Of a DNA stretch of 64,000 nucleotides, positions 26,784-36,770 are shown piece after piece. Within the stretch, counting starts at the first letter, position 1, and each line of letters starts with the position of its first letter. Origin of the DNA: Limnochordia bacterium (GTDB lineage Bacteria > Bacillota > Limnochordia > DUMW01); the NCBI GenBank assembly GCA_023230925.1, contig JALNWK010000012.1, positions 2,709 through 66,708 on the forward strand. The letters run 5' to 3'. Below the pieces are notes generated by a model that was not told the origin of the DNA, searched no databases, and saw only the letters and a program-made list of their open reading frames with translations. Position numbers and translations under genes: made by a program.

Positions 26784-29700
26784 ATGTTTATACACCTACA
26801 TGTACACAGCCCCTACTCCTTTTTGGACGGTGCATCTACTTTGGACAGTCTACTAAGCTGCGCCGGTTCCTTTGGAATGCCTGCCATAGCAGTTACAGAC
26901 CACAATAACGTAAGTGCAGCAGTGCAATTCCATCGTTTGGCTAAGGAATATAAAATTAGGCCAATCCAAGGGGCCGAAGTAACCATGGAAGATGACTCCC
27001 ATTTGATTCTACTGGCTAAAAACTCCAAGGGGTACGAAAACCTATGCCGACTTCTTACCTCGGCTCATCTAAACAGCGATCGAAAACAGGTCCGTTTGTC
27101 TTGGCAGGATTTGATTAAATTTAACCAACACCTCATTTGCTTATCTGGGTGCACCCAGGGCTTAATTCCCCGGTTACTTTTAGACCATCAATACCGGGAT
27201 GCTGAAGAGGCAGCAAGGAGAATTACCCGCATATTTGGTCCGGAACGGTTTTTTATCGAGCTGCAGAATTTATTAGTGCCTGGTAGTAAAAAGTTAAACA
27301 AGATCCTGGTAGAGCTTGCAGAGAAGGTAAATATACCCATCGTAGCCACTAATAATGTCCATTTTGCAGCGAAGGACGCTTTCGCCTTACATGATGTGTT
27401 AACCTGTGTACGAAACAAGAGTAACCTTGAGACCATAAGTAAGCTCCGCCGCTTTAATGCCGAAAACTACCTAAAGTCAGCGGAACAAATGCAAAGGTTA
27501 TTTAAAGAATACCCACAGGCTTTAGCCAATACCATTAAGATCGCCTCCCAATGTGAAGCAGCCCTAGAATTAGGAGTAAATCATTTACCGACATATCAAT
27601 CCGGTGGAAAATCTTTGGAACTCCTTCGTTCCTTAACGTTCCAAGGTGCCAGGAAACGGTACGATAAAGTGACGGGGGAAATTAGACGACGGCTTGAGCA
27701 TGAGTTAATGGTAATCGGTAAACTACAGGTTGCCGATTATTTCTTGATCGTTTGGGATATTGTCTGCTATGCGCGCCAAAAGCAAATCCGCTTTTCGGGA
27801 AGAGGCTCTGCAGCCGATAGTGCAGTGGCCTATTGCTTAGGGTTCACCAATGTAGATCCCATTAGCCGTGGCCTTTTATTTGAGCGTTTTCTCTCACTAG
27901 AGCGGGCTGAAAAGCCAGATATTGATTTGGATTTTGATGCCCGTTTTAAGGATGTCGTAGTCGCCTATGTCAAGGGAAAATACGGAAAAGTACATACCGC
28001 TTCGGTCTGTACCTTTGCTACATATCTGGCGCGTATGGCTATTAGAGACTTCGGCAAAGTCCTCGGATATCTTCCAGAAGAAATCGATGAACTAACAAAG
28101 AGAATGCCCTATATCCCCGCCGATGGAATAGAGCATACCCTTACTAGGATACCCGAACTGAGAGAAAGCAATATTGATTTTGGTAAATTCGATATGTTGT
28201 TCAAATTATGTGCACAGGCTGCCGGATTTCCTCGACACATGGGCACCCATTTGGGCGGTGTTGTCATTGCCGATGTACCTTTATACCAACTTAGTCCCTT
28301 ACAGCAGGCAGCTAAGGGAGAACAGATCATCCAATTTGACAAAAATGACATCGAGGATCTAGGTTTAATTAAAATTGATCTTTTGCCCCTACGTACTTTA
28401 AGCGTTGTGGAAGATACGATTCACCTCGCCCACGATGAAAAGATAAACATTGATTACGATGCTATTCCCCATGATGATCCTGCAACATATAGTCTTCTTA
28501 GATCCGGTAATACAGTGGGGGTTTTTCAACTAGAAAGTCCTGCTCAACGGGCACTTCAACCAAGGTTGCTTCCAGATTCCTTTGAAGATCTTGTCGCTAG
28601 CGTCGCTTTGATTCGGCCCGGTCCAATCAGTGGGGATATGGTTGAACCTTTCATTGAGCGCCGTCATGGTAGAAGTCCCATCACCTATTTGCATCCAAAA
28701 CTAAGGGATATCTTAGCTAAAACTTATGGCATTGTTCTATTTCAAGAACAGGTAATTGAAATTGCAGTAGAAATCGCTGGCTTTACACCGGGGGAGGCGG
28801 ATCGGTTAAGGCGAACAATGACCCATTACCGGTCGGAGAGGGAAATGCAGGAACTGGGGACCCACTTTGTGGAAAAGGCCACTAAGAATGGCGTTTCTTA
28901 CGAGAATGCCAAGACTATATTCTCGTATATTGCAGGATATGCAGGCTATGGTTTTTGCGAAGCACATGCTGCTTCCTTCGCCGATACTGCCTATCGTAGT
29001 GCCTATTTACTTTGTCATTATCCGGCCTACTACTTGGCCGCAATGCTGAATAATCAACCAATGGGCTATTACCCATCCCATACCCTGTGTGTTCTTGCCC
29101 AAAGTAGGGGTATACAAATTCTTGGGGTAAATATCAACAAAAGCCAAAGTGGATATACCGTTTGGGATAACAACATTAGGGTAGCTTTAAAACAAGTCAA
29201 AGGAATTTCCACCAAGGAACTATCACTGATAGAAAAAAACCGGCAAGTTAGTCCTTTCACATCGGTATTAGACTTCCAAAGGAGGGTATCTGTTTCAAGG
29301 AATACCTTAGAAAACCTTATTCTTGCAGGGGCTTTTGATCAATTATCCCCTAATAGACGCAGACTCCTTTGGCAAATTCCGGACATCCTAAAAGTAGGAA
29401 CTCCAAGGAAGATCATAGGTGAAATGGATGACTTTCCTCTGAATCAAAGAATCTACCATGAGTATAAAGTCTTAGGTTTCAGCCCCACAGGACATATTTT
29501 GACTCCCCTCCGTTCTAGATTACAGGAAGAGGGAGTTGCTACCAGTAGGGAATTGCAGCATCAGACCGAAGGAAAATGGGTCAAGGCCGGGGGAATAGTG
29601 ATCAAACCCCATCGTCCCCCGACAAAAAGCGGAAAGACTGTGGTTTTTCTAACCCTCGAAGACGAGTTTGGTCTTGTTGATGTGGTCATCTTCGATGATG

Positions 29701-29825
29701 TCTATCAAAAATATGGAGAACTGATCTTCTTGTGTCCAGCATTGATCGTTGTTGGTCGGATTCAACGAAAACATGATACCGTTTCAGTCGTCGCCACACA
29801 AATTAACGAGATGAACCTTGCCTGA
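26784..29825 (+). CDS. dnaE2: Error-prone DNA polymerase III alpha-like DnaE2 (ImuC)
   Basis: The N-terminus has the PHP domain motif FIHLHVHSPYSFLDGAS. The product is about 1013 aa and lacks the long C-terminal extension of replicative DnaE. The gene is adjacent to the imuB-like gene. The ATG at 26784 has GAGG 9 nt upstream. Confidence 0.9.
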   Translation: MFIHLHVHSPYSFLDGASTLDSLLSCAGSFGMPAIAVTDHNNVSAAVQFHRLAKEYKIRPIQGAEVTMEDDSHLILLAKNSKGYENLCRLLTSAHLNSDRKQVRLSWQDLIKFNQHLICLSGCTQGLIPRLLLDHQYRDAEEAARRITRIFGPERFFIELQNLLVPGSKKLNKILVELAEKVNIPIVATNNVHFAAKDAFALHDVLTCVRNKSNLETISKLRRFNAENYLKSAEQMQRLFKEYPQALANTIKIASQCEAALELGVNHLPTYQSGGKSLELLRSLTFQGARKRYDKVTGEIRRRLEHELMVIGKLQVADYFLIVWDIVCYARQKQIRFSGRGSAADSAVAYCLGFTNVDPISRGLLFERFLSLERAEKPDIDLDFDARFKDVVVAYVKGKYGKVHTASVCTFATYLARMAIRDFGKVLGYLPEEIDELTKRMPYIPADGIEHTLTRIPELRESNIDFGKFDMLFKLCAQAAGFPRHMGTHLGGVVIADVPLYQLSPLQQAAKGEQIIQFDKNDIEDLGLIKIDLLPLRTLSVVEDTIHLAHDEKINIDYDAIPHDDPATYSLLRSGNTVGVFQLESPAQRALQPRLLPDSFEDLVASVALIRPGPISGDMVEPFIERRHGRSPITYLHPKLRDILAKTYGIVLFQEQVIEIAVEIAGFTPGEADRLRRTMTHYRSEREMQELGTHFVEKATKNGVSYENAKTIFSYIAGYAGYGFCEAHAASFADTAYRSAYLLCHYPAYYLAAMLNNQPMGYYPSHTLCVLAQSRGIQILGVNINKSQSGYTVWDNNIRVALKQVKGISTKELSLIEKNRQVSPFTSVLDFQRRVSVSRNTLENLILAGAFDQLSPNRRRLLWQIPDILKVGTPRKIIGEMDDFPLNQRIYHEYKVLGFSPTGHILTPLRSRLQEEGVATSRELQHQTEGKWVKAGGIVIKPHRPPTKSGKTVVFLTLEDEFGLVDVVIFDDVYQKYGELIFLCPALIVVGRIQRKHDTVSVVATQINEMNLA

Positions 29826-31095
29826 TGCGCTTAACCTCTAATTCTTTCCCTGTCTTAGCATCAATGTATACTAAGTATCGCTGGTTATTCATAGTACCGG
29901 CAAACTCATAGGCAATTCTTTGAACACCGCCAACCGAAACCAATACCTTTTTGTATTCCTCCGTGGTGAAATCGGAATGTAGAAGTCCTAAGGCTGCATC
30001 AACGCTAAGAAGTGCCTTGGTTGTAGCTATCTCGTCCTTGGACGCATTCAAATACGCACTGGCATCATAACCGATTACAAGTCCTTGTTCTAGTTCAATA
30101 CGTAGTTTCACCTGTTCTTCAGAGCTGATGGCACCTGCTCTTAAAGGGGAAAAGCTTGCGATCAAGTAATTTGCCGATACATGATCTACTGAAACATTCA
30201 CCATATCTACCAATCCATTTCTTTGGAGGAAGGCTTGACCGACATCTAAAGCTTCCTCGATGGAGAGATTAGCCTTCTTGGGAACAAAGTCACTGAGCAT
30301 CCACAGAATGTCTCCCCTACTTTTAGTGACTGCCACAGTAATCCGCTCCCCAGTAGTACCAAGGGCGGGGACTATCTCCACGGTATAGGTTTGACCAAAG
30401 TCCTCATCACCTTCTGTTACTGTAATCAAGTGCTCTTTTAGACGCCGACGAGTGAGAAAATGAACGGCTGCACGGCGGGCCGTATCCTTGTCTATGGATA
30501 CCTCGGAAGTAGTCTGTGCCTCCGCTGATAATGGTCGTACTTGTAGTATCTCTTCTATGGCAACCAAACTGTAGGCTGCGGGATGACCTTTTTGGGCATC
30601 CTCAATCGCGGTAGCAAAACCGCTCACCCAAGGAATTGTCACACTGCTATTTTGGACCGTAAGCCGAGCTTTGTCTAGCTCAGCATTAATAACAGTCAGG
30701 TAGTTCATAAAGTCGGCCATTTCCTCTGGTTCCGAAGTGTTATTCTGCTTACTGTCCAATACCGTCTGTCGGGTGTACTCAGCTAAGGAACGGAGAAAAA
30801 GGATGGTCTTGGACAAGTCCAAAGGTAGAATGGGAAGTTCCTCAAGATGCAACCGGGCAGCTAAGGCATGGTAGTGGGCATTAAGTAAGTAATTGGCCTG
30901 GTTTGCTGGATCAACGGATACCATGGCTTTGCCTAGCTCATTTTCTATCTCTGCCAAGTGCCCCGATAACTCATAAAAAGCACAGTAATAGTGGTTTTCG
31001 ATCCCCTGTTCTCTCTGTCGCCCTGTAAAATATTGATAGCCTCCCCACAGTAACAACCCAATACTTAAAAGGGCAATTAATCTAGTTTTATGCAA
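29803..31095 (-). CDS. ypeB: Germination protein YpeB-like (PepSY-type C-terminus)
   Basis: The protein has an N-terminal TM helix followed by YYCAFYELSGHLAEIENELG, which resembles B. subtilis YpeB (YQRAFHELTYQVDALHDKIG, recalled from memory). It lies immediately downstream of the sleB-like gene. Confidence 0.75.
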   Translation of the reverse strand: MHKTRLIALLSIGLLLWGGYQYFTGRQREQGIENHYYCAFYELSGHLAEIENELGKAMVSVDPANQANYLLNAHYHALAARLHLEELPILPLDLSKTILFLRSLAEYTRQTVLDSKQNNTSEPEEMADFMNYLTVINAELDKARLTVQNSSVTIPWVSGFATAIEDAQKGHPAAYSLVAIEEILQVRPLSAEAQTTSEVSIDKDTARRAAVHFLTRRRLKEHLITVTEGDEDFGQTYTVEIVPALGTTGERITVAVTKSRGDILWMLSDFVPKKANLSIEEALDVGQAFLQRNGLVDMVNVSVDHVSANYLIASFSPLRAGAISSEEQVKLRIELEQGLVIGYDASAYLNASKDEIATTKALLSVDAALGLLHSDFTTEEYKKVLVSVGGVQRIAYEFAGTMNNQRYLVYIDAKTGKELEVKRIRQGSSR

Positions 31096-31109
31096 AGGCC
31101 TCCCCCCTG

Positions 31110-31676
31110 CTATTTCGTAAACACATGTTGCCCGATGATCTTAGTCTTCGGTCTAGTCTCCAGCCAAGGGCTCCGAGCGATTTGCGGGTTATAAAAGTAT
31201 ACAGCTCCTTCGGAGGGGTCCCACCCACTGATAGCATCAATCGCTGCCCTTTTTGCTTCCTCATTAGGCTCAAGATTGATTTGCCCATTGGTTACAACGG
31301 TAAAAGCCCCAGGCTGATAGATTACACCGGGTATCGTATCCGGAAATAGGGGACTTAACAACCGATTTAGTACTACAGCAGCTACGGCTACCTGGCCCGA
31401 ATAGGGCTCAGCCCGTGCCTCGGCATGCACAAGTCGAATCAATAACAATAGGTCCGCCTCTTCAATTGGTAGCCTTTCCTCATCCTCTGAGATCTTTGGC
31501 CCTTCCCCGGAAAACTGTTGGAGTACACCGATTAACACGCAGATACTAATTAGCATTAAGGCTAGAAGTCTCGGATCATGGATTTTCCTCCAGAATAAGT
31601 CAAGCATGGCTGTTTTCGCCAACCTTCCTAGGGTGACTAATAAATAGTATGATCTGGTTGCAACCAATCCATGCAT
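31110..31676 (-). CDS. sleB: SleB/CwlJ-family spore cortex-lytic cell wall hydrolase
   Basis: The Hydrolase_2 pattern is present: VHAEARAEPYSGQVAVAAVVLNRL...IYQPGAFTVV...GAVYFYNP. The start is uncertain (ATG 31676 or 31607). Confidence 0.8.
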   Translation of the reverse strand: MHGLVATRSYYLLVTLGRLAKTAMLDLFWRKIHDPRLLALMLISICVLIGVLQQFSGEGPKISEDEERLPIEEADLLLLIRLVHAEARAEPYSGQVAVAAVVLNRLLSPLFPDTIPGVIYQPGAFTVVTNGQINLEPNEEAKRAAIDAISGWDPSEGAVYFYNPQIARSPWLETRPKTKIIGQHVFTK

Positions 31677-31782
31677 GTACCCAAGCTTTCCCCCGATGAA
31701 TATGGCGTTAACGGAAGGAAATCCCGGCTGAAGCGACGAATGTTGTGATGATTAAGATGTAACACCGAGGGAGGACACACTG

Positions 31783-32505
31783 TTGAGGCTATTTCGGTTA
31801 ACTTGTTCTATAGCTTTTGCCCTATGTTTAATGTTGACTTTAACAACTGGGGCCGCGTCGCCATTTATTGGTGGTACTGAAGAACCATGTACCATTGATT
31901 CATCCCAGTTGTTAGATAAAGTAATAACCACATACACCGAAATAAAGGAACTGAGGATAGTTGTCCGCATAGAGATCATGGACCCTAATTCTTCCGGGGA
32001 AGCTGTCTCTGATTACATCATCGGAGAGGTATTATATCGCCGGCCGGATGTATTGCGGTTAACATATCTTGAGCCCATGGAATGGGCCGACTATTTTATT
32101 CTCATTGATAAGAGTAAAGATACGATCAAGCGGTATCAACCGGTAACGGATCGACTGTTTGTGGAATCATTATCCCGGGCGGCAAAGGATAATGTTGGTT
32201 TATCTTTAGATAGTCTGTTAACACCCCCTAAGAAAGAAGACGTTCTCAAGGTTAATCAAATGACTGACCTATTAACTGACAAGCAATACTATGTGGTCCA
32301 CAACCGAACACAGCAATATGATGATTTGGGAGTTCAAAAGTTCTGGCTGGACCCTGAGACTTCGTTGATCAAGCAAGTGCATTTGTACAATCTTGAAGAA
32401 AAGTTATTGCTCCGGGGGGTCGTCTTGGAGATGGAAATAAATCCAAATATTCAGGATGCAGATTTGTTTTTCATACCACTGGAAGCAGAGGTAACACAAC
32501 GATAG
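31783..32505 (+). CDS. LolA-like / outer-membrane lipoprotein-sorting-fold protein (putative)
   Basis: The protein has a signal peptide and a pattern like the LolA/RseB/DUF4367 family (GEVLYRRPDVLRLTYLEP...FWLDPETSLIKQV). The TTG start has GAGGGAGGA upstream. No domain search was possible. Confidence 0.5.
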   Translation: MRLFRLTCSIAFALCLMLTLTTGAASPFIGGTEEPCTIDSSQLLDKVITTYTEIKELRIVVRIEIMDPNSSGEAVSDYIIGEVLYRRPDVLRLTYLEPMEWADYFILIDKSKDTIKRYQPVTDRLFVESLSRAAKDNVGLSLDSLLTPPKKEDVLKVNQMTDLLTDKQYYVVHNRTQQYDDLGVQKFWLDPETSLIKQVHLYNLEEKLLLRGVVLEMEINPNIQDADLFFIPLEAEVTQR

Positions 32506-32523
32506 GAAATACGAGGGATATTA

Positions 32524-35500
32524 ATGAGACTGCCTTCTTTTGCTGTTTCGCGTACTGTAACAATGACAATGCTCATTATCGCTGCCTTGATCTTCGGCGG
32601 AATCGGTCTTGATCGCTTAGGTTTAGAACTTCTGCCTGATTTGAACATACCGATGATGACAATTGCCACCCTTTACCCCCTGGCTAACCCGGAAACGGTT
32701 GAAAAGGAGGTCACAACTCCCATCGAACAAGCCATGTCCACAATTCCTAATGTAAGGAAACTAGAATCAATCAGCACAGAAAATGTATCCTTGGTCATGG
32801 CACAGTTCAATTGGGGCACAGACTTGGATAAAATGGTGGATCAGGTACGGATCAGCTTAGATCGTTTGTCTTACCAGTTGCCCACGAATAGTTCGGCACC
32901 TTTAATCATGTTAGTCGATCCAAACCAAACCCCATTGATGTTGGTGGGCGTTAGTGGGGCTTTAGAGTCTGGGGAGCTTACTGCCGTTGTTGACGACTTT
33001 CTCCCTGCTTTAGAGCGAATACCGGGAGTAGCAAGTGTAACGGCAACTGGTGGTGCCAAAGAAGAGATCTACATTAAGTACAATCAGGAAAAACTTCAGC
33101 AGTACGGGCTGACCACAGACCAATTGAAGCTACTCCTACAGGCCCAAAATGTTGTTCTACCCATTGGTGCCGTGGAAAAAGATGATACCCGCTATTTGGC
33201 AAAGGTGGGAAACAATTACAGGACTATTGATGACTTGCGAAACATGATTATTGGGGAACAAGAAGCAGATCCTTTGCTTAACCAAGGCCTTGGAGCCTTG
33301 GTCCCCAAAATGCTTCGTTTACACCATATCGCCGAGGTCGGTGTTGCGTATAAACCTGTCACAGGTTATAGTCGTGTTGACGATAAACCAGCTATTATGT
33401 TGAGTATTTATAAACAGCCAGGGAAAAACACGGTGCAGGTAGCCGATGAGATCAATGCTACTTTAGCACGGATTAAACAAACATCTCCGCACCAACTGGA
33501 ATTCTTTACGCTACAGGATCAGTCGCTTTTCGTTAGGGACTCTATCTCCTGGCTTAGTTCTACAATGGTAGTAGGAGCTATTTTAGCAGTAATTGTTCTT
33601 TTTGCCTTTCTGCAGAGTATTGCTAGTATCGCCTGTATTATGGTGGCGATTCCCCTCTCGATTATGATTACTTTTTTCCTCATGTACTTATCTGGATTAA
33701 CTTTGAACCTAATGACCCTGGGCGGCTTAGCCCTTGGGGTTGGAATGTTAGTAGATAACGCGATAGTTGTGTTAGAAAGCATTTATCGGCAATTACAACA
33801 AGGCAAAAAGGTAAAGGAAGCAGTAATCCAGGGAACGAATCAAGTGGCTTCTGCCATTACCGCCTCTACCATAACTACGTTGGCGGTGTTTATCCCCGTA
33901 GTCTTTTTGGGCGGCATAGCCGGTGAGATCTTTAAGGAACTGGGGATCACAATTTCCTATGCCCTTGTTGCATCCTTATTGGTCGCCCTTACTGCTATTC
34001 CAATGCTAGCATCTAAGATCTTCGGACGGGCAAAAACTATCCAGTTTGAGCGGAGTAGGTTTGCAGAACTAGATGGGCTATATCGAACTGGCTTGGAATG
34101 GGCAGTGAACCATAAGCCTTTGATTATCGGGCTGGCCATCGTATTGCTTGTTTGTAGTGCAGTAACCCTGCTGCGTTTTGACGTTGAGTTTTTGCCCCCC
34201 ATGGATCAGAGTATGCTCATGGTGAATATGGAGCTCCCACCGGGAATAACGCTAGATGAGACCAACAGTCTTGTCACACAGGTGGAGGAGCAAATCCGTA
34301 GCATTCCAGAGGTTACCAGTATTGCATCTTTAGTGGGTTCTTGGGCAGATGATGTCCTTTCAACGGCACGGGGTGCCTCCGTAAACACCGCAAAACTAAC
34401 TGTAATGCTGAGCGAAAAAAACCAGCGTAATAGAAGTGCTGCCCAAGTTGCAGAGGAAATCAAGAAGGTCCTTGCTCCCTTCAAGACCGCCAATTTTGAA
34501 GTCATTCACGATATTGTTGGAGCCAATATGGGCATGAAGCAAATAGTAACACTGGATATTTCCGGACCAGATTTTGAGGTCCTTACTACTATTACAGAGG
34601 AATTGGAAACCGCGTTAGCATCTGAGTCGGGTTTTGGAACCATTGTCTCGTCCTTAGATAAACAACAACCGGAATTATTCTTTGAAGTAAATCCTTTCCG
34701 GGCTTTATCAGGAAGTGTTACGGCTACACATATTGCCCTAGCTATGCGCGATGCCATTGGTGGTGCAGAGATTACAGATCTGCAGCTGAATGGACGTACC
34801 CTTCCAGTGGTTTTACGTCCTGACTATGACCCAACCACCAATTATGATGCCTTAACAAAGCATCGCATTGCATCGGCCCTACAGGATAAAGATGGACAGT
34901 CCTATGTGGTATTTGATCGGGTGGCCAATGTAACGGAGACCTCATCAATGTTGGATATTTACCATACAGAACGGGTTCGGGCCGTGACCCTCACAGCAAC
35001 CCTTGATGGAATAGGTCTGCGAGAAGCAATGACTACAGTGGATAAACTGGTGTCCAACATGGACTTACCACCTGGTTACGCGGTTAAGCATGGCGGTGTA
35101 TGGGAGATTGTGCAGGAATCCTTTGGAGAATTATTGCTTGCCTTGATTTTGGCCGTTGTCTTAGTGTATATGGTGATGGCCGCTCAGTTTGAATCCTTCG
35201 CCCACCCTTTGATTATCATGATCACCGTTCCCCTTGCTGCTATTGGTTCCCTTTTTGGATTATACCTGACCGGAGGTCGCATTGGTGTTCCATCGTTAAT
35301 CGGCATGATTATGCTCGTCGGAATCGCAGTAAACAACGGAATTGTACTAATTGATCAAATCAACTATCTACGCAGAGAAGAAGGCCTTTCCTTGAAGGAT
35401 AGTGTCCTTCAAGGATCATGTACACGGCTAAGGCCAGTGCTAATGACCTCCCTGACTACTATTTTGGCTTTGGTTCCCCTAGCATTGGGTTTTGGTGATG

Positions 35501-35667
35501 GCGCCGAGGTTCTAAAGCCCTTGGCCATCACAGTCGTATTTGGTCTATCTGTATCCGCGGTAATGACCTTATTCGTTATTCCGGTGGTATACCATCTTTT
35601 TGAAAACTCGTTGATCAGGACCAGTGCCGAATCAACACAAGGGGAGTGTTCCCATGTTAAAAGTTAG
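32524..35667 (+). CDS. RND superfamily efflux permease (AcrB/HAE-like)
   Basis: The product is 1047 aa with 12-TM RND architecture and a typical N-terminus (FAVSRTVTMTMLIIAALIFGGIG...LPDLNIPMMTIATLYP). Confidence 0.92.
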   Translation: MRLPSFAVSRTVTMTMLIIAALIFGGIGLDRLGLELLPDLNIPMMTIATLYPLANPETVEKEVTTPIEQAMSTIPNVRKLESISTENVSLVMAQFNWGTDLDKMVDQVRISLDRLSYQLPTNSSAPLIMLVDPNQTPLMLVGVSGALESGELTAVVDDFLPALERIPGVASVTATGGAKEEIYIKYNQEKLQQYGLTTDQLKLLLQAQNVVLPIGAVEKDDTRYLAKVGNNYRTIDDLRNMIIGEQEADPLLNQGLGALVPKMLRLHHIAEVGVAYKPVTGYSRVDDKPAIMLSIYKQPGKNTVQVADEINATLARIKQTSPHQLEFFTLQDQSLFVRDSISWLSSTMVVGAILAVIVLFAFLQSIASIACIMVAIPLSIMITFFLMYLSGLTLNLMTLGGLALGVGMLVDNAIVVLESIYRQLQQGKKVKEAVIQGTNQVASAITASTITTLAVFIPVVFLGGIAGEIFKELGITISYALVASLLVALTAIPMLASKIFGRAKTIQFERSRFAELDGLYRTGLEWAVNHKPLIIGLAIVLLVCSAVTLLRFDVEFLPPMDQSMLMVNMELPPGITLDETNSLVTQVEEQIRSIPEVTSIASLVGSWADDVLSTARGASVNTAKLTVMLSEKNQRNRSAAQVAEEIKKVLAPFKTANFEVIHDIVGANMGMKQIVTLDISGPDFEVLTTITEELETALASESGFGTIVSSLDKQQPELFFEVNPFRALSGSVTATHIALAMRDAIGGAEITDLQLNGRTLPVVLRPDYDPTTNYDALTKHRIASALQDKDGQSYVVFDRVANVTETSSMLDIYHTERVRAVTLTATLDGIGLREAMTTVDKLVSNMDLPPGYAVKHGGVWEIVQESFGELLLALILAVVLVYMVMAAQFESFAHPLIIMITVPLAAIGSLFGLYLTGGRIGVPSLIGMIMLVGIAVNNGIVLIDQINYLRREEGLSLKDSVLQGSCTRLRPVLMTSLTTILALVPLALGFGDGAEVLKPLAITVVFGLSVSAVMTLFVIPVVYHLFENSLIRTSAESTQGECSHVKS

Positions 35668-36748
35668 AATTACCCTGTTTCTTGCGGTTTCGGTAACCCT
35701 TATCTTTTTATTGAGTGCGATCAGTTGCGCCCAGGAATTAGGACAAGAGGGTACTGGTCTTGTTATTAGTGAGCGGGAACTAAACCTAGGCTTTCTCCAG
35801 AAAACAGGGGCAATCGGCCAGTATCTCCTCGGTATCCTTTTCGAAGGTAAGACTTCGGATGCAGTATTCCGCTTCCATGTTAGTAATCTACCTACCATGG
35901 GAATTGAACCAATCGCGCCGGTAACCGGACTGCAGCTTAACTGGAACAAGATTATCGGAGTGACTAGCTATATAGATCTTAAGGGAGACTTCCATGTACA
36001 ATGGAACCCCGATGGGTACAACCAGATGGCCCCACCGTCCTTATACCTTATTGGTGGAGCTGGACAAGCCGCCTTTCGGAACTATTCAGGCGCCCTACGA
36101 ACTGGATTTATTGAGAGTGGCTTCCCCCTGCAGTCTTTGCCTGGAATTGGCTCGGCAAATTGGAGCCTCCCCTTATCCGAGTTCTTCGGAATTGGCAGCT
36201 CCGTAGGTCTGATTGTCCCCAATACAGATCCGTTTTTTTGGGTTGATCTAGAGGGTCGAATACGCAAGGATAAGACCCAAACAAATATTGGTAATATCAG
36301 TTGGCGGCTTAGCATCGGAGATAATGCCCAACGGGAACTGCGGATATTGGTCGGATCTCAGTTTACATTAACTACTCAAAACACGGTGTCCCGTTTTACC
36401 GGACGGCTCGGAGCATTAAATGCCGAGGGTAAGCTACTACCGGTTCTTCAGATGGACTATTCACTGCGTTTAGGACATGTAAGAAGATTCCACGTGGGGC
36501 TTATGACTGCTGCTGGCAATATCTCAAATAAGGGTTTTGACCCTCAATTAGGACAGGCAGCCGTCTCCTACGAAAGACGTTTGAGTGATCGGGAGACCAT
36601 CAACTTGCTTTTCATTTCGTCTTTAGATCAACTAGGCAAGATCAACTTCATCCAGCTTGATCTAAACCGCATAGATCAGAATACTAACATTAGACTACAG
36701 CGGGCCGAAGACGGACAACTACAGATCACCCTATCCCAGAGTTTTTAG
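35654..36748 (+). CDS. Putative outer-membrane beta-barrel protein
   Basis: The protein has a signal peptide (MLKVRITLFLAVSVTLIFLLSAISCAQE) and alternating hydrophobic beta-strand-like segments. It ends in ...ITLSQSF, with a terminal Phe. The start overlaps the 3' end of the RND gene. Confidence 0.5.
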   Translation: MLKVRITLFLAVSVTLIFLLSAISCAQELGQEGTGLVISERELNLGFLQKTGAIGQYLLGILFEGKTSDAVFRFHVSNLPTMGIEPIAPVTGLQLNWNKIIGVTSYIDLKGDFHVQWNPDGYNQMAPPSLYLIGGAGQAAFRNYSGALRTGFIESGFPLQSLPGIGSANWSLPLSEFFGIGSSVGLIVPNTDPFFWVDLEGRIRKDKTQTNIGNISWRLSIGDNAQRELRILVGSQFTLTTQNTVSRFTGRLGALNAEGKLLPVLQMDYSLRLGHVRRFHVGLMTAAGNISNKGFDPQLGQAAVSYERRLSDRETINLLFISSLDQLGKINFIQLDLNRIDQNTNIRLQRAEDGQLQITLSQSF

Positions 36749-36770
36749 TTAAGCAAAGGGGAGTGTAGCA

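Noticed and set aside
29803-29825. The 3' ends of dnaE2 (+) and ypeB (-) overlap convergently by 23 nt.
   Set aside because: Short convergent overlaps are common in compact genomes, and no structure or additional signal was seen.
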